Shown here: positions 63,637 to 64,000 of the stretch, piece by piece
How positions within the stretch are numbered: position 1 is the first letter of the stretch
How the letters are laid out: every line of letters starts with the position of its first letter
From: an uncultured Gemmatimonadaceae bacterium
Lineage (GTDB): Bacteria > Gemmatimonadota > Gemmatimonadetes > Gemmatimonadales > Gemmatimonadaceae
Reading direction: 5' to 3'
DNA: 64,000 nt
NCBI GenBank assembly: GCA_963761305.1
Contig: CAVXGK010000002.1
Coordinates: 2,402,781-2,466,780, forward strand
The notes under the pieces: generated by a model
The model's database searches: none
The model's input: only the letters and a program-made list of their open reading frames with translations
What the model was told of the DNA's origin: nothing
Translations under genes and position numbers: made by a program

Positions 63637-64000
63637 GTGCTCGCAGCTCGACGAACCTCGACGTTCACCGAATCCGTGATCCGCGAAATGACGCGGATCG
63701 CCGCCATGCACAACGCCGTGAACCTGGCGCAGGGATTTCCCGACTTCCCGATGCCCGACGCCATGAAAGCCGCTGCCTGCGCGGCGATCAACGGCGACAT
63801 CAACCAGTACGCGGTCACGTGGGGCGCGCCGGTGCTGCGGCAAGCGATCGCCGAGAAGTACCGCCGCTTCTATGACATGGAAGTCGATCCCGATCGCGAC
63901 GTGACGGTGACGTGCGGAGCGACGGAGGCGATGGCGTCGGTGTTCATGGCGCTGATGGACCCGGGCGATGAAGTGATCATCCCCGAGCCGTTTTACGAGA
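63637..64000 (+). CDS. Pyridoxal-phosphate-dependent aminotransferase, class I/II (3' end beyond window)
   Basis: GTG 63637, open to the window edge. FTESVIREMTRIA, VNLAQGFPDFPMP, NQYA..G...LR.AIAEKY, VTVTCGATEA and DEVIIPEPFYE. Confidence 0.85.
   Translation, partial: MLAARRTSTFTESVIREMTRIAAMHNAVNLAQGFPDFPMPDAMKAAACAAINGDINQYAVTWGAPVLRQAIAEKYRRFYDMEVDPDRDVTVTCGATEAMASVFMALMDPGDEVIIPEPFYE

Overview
GC-rich bacterial chromosomal segment. A SusC/SusD pair, a PorX-type REC-PglZ regulator, several CarboxypepD_reg proteins and several TMTC-like TPR membrane proteins suggest a Gemmatimonadota/FCB-type organism; this is inference from translated motifs only. I can support about 55 protein-coding genes and saw no rRNA, tRNA or CRISPR array.

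Gene content:
- Housekeeping genes include mltG (5' partial), an rlmI-like gene, mutM, a CDF transporter, tdh-kbl, an Mpg glycosylase, a YjbQ-like gene, tyrS, a YebC-like gene with ruvC and ruvA, and two aminotransferases.
- Envelope genes include four TMTC-like TPR membrane proteins plus a GT39/ArnT-like enzyme, an LPS block (msbA-like, GT1, lpxL-like), an Omp85-type protein, and a SusC/SusD/lipoprotein/DUF4397 uptake operon.

Most interesting locus: a translationally coupled operon of histidine kinase, two small paralogous membrane proteins and a sigma54-dependent response regulator (41.0-44.3 kb). It is followed by a beta-helix/Omp85 fusion gene and a DUF4390-like gene.

Other unusual content:
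1. A lower-GC patch (3.4-6.5 kb) full of decayed IS3-type transposase and DUF559 fragments, with two paralogous small secreted ORFs.
2. Short tandem-repeat arrays in intergenic spacers: octamer GGTGGACS arrays at 8 loci, GACGTC palindrome blocks, and 14-, 16- and 21-nt arrays. Several are arranged as inverted pairs that could fold into very long hairpins, and some run into ORF 3' ends or through an ORF.
3. About 15 single-base frame breaks, almost all an extra base in a 2-3 nt homopolymer, plus a G8 tract in ruvC. They cluster in the CRTAC1/ASPIC gene and the SusC/SusD operon. Assembly error is at least as likely as real pseudogenisation.
4. An orphan PorX-like regulator and a DnaB C-terminal-domain-only protein.

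All functional calls come from reading translated motifs by eye; no database search was run.
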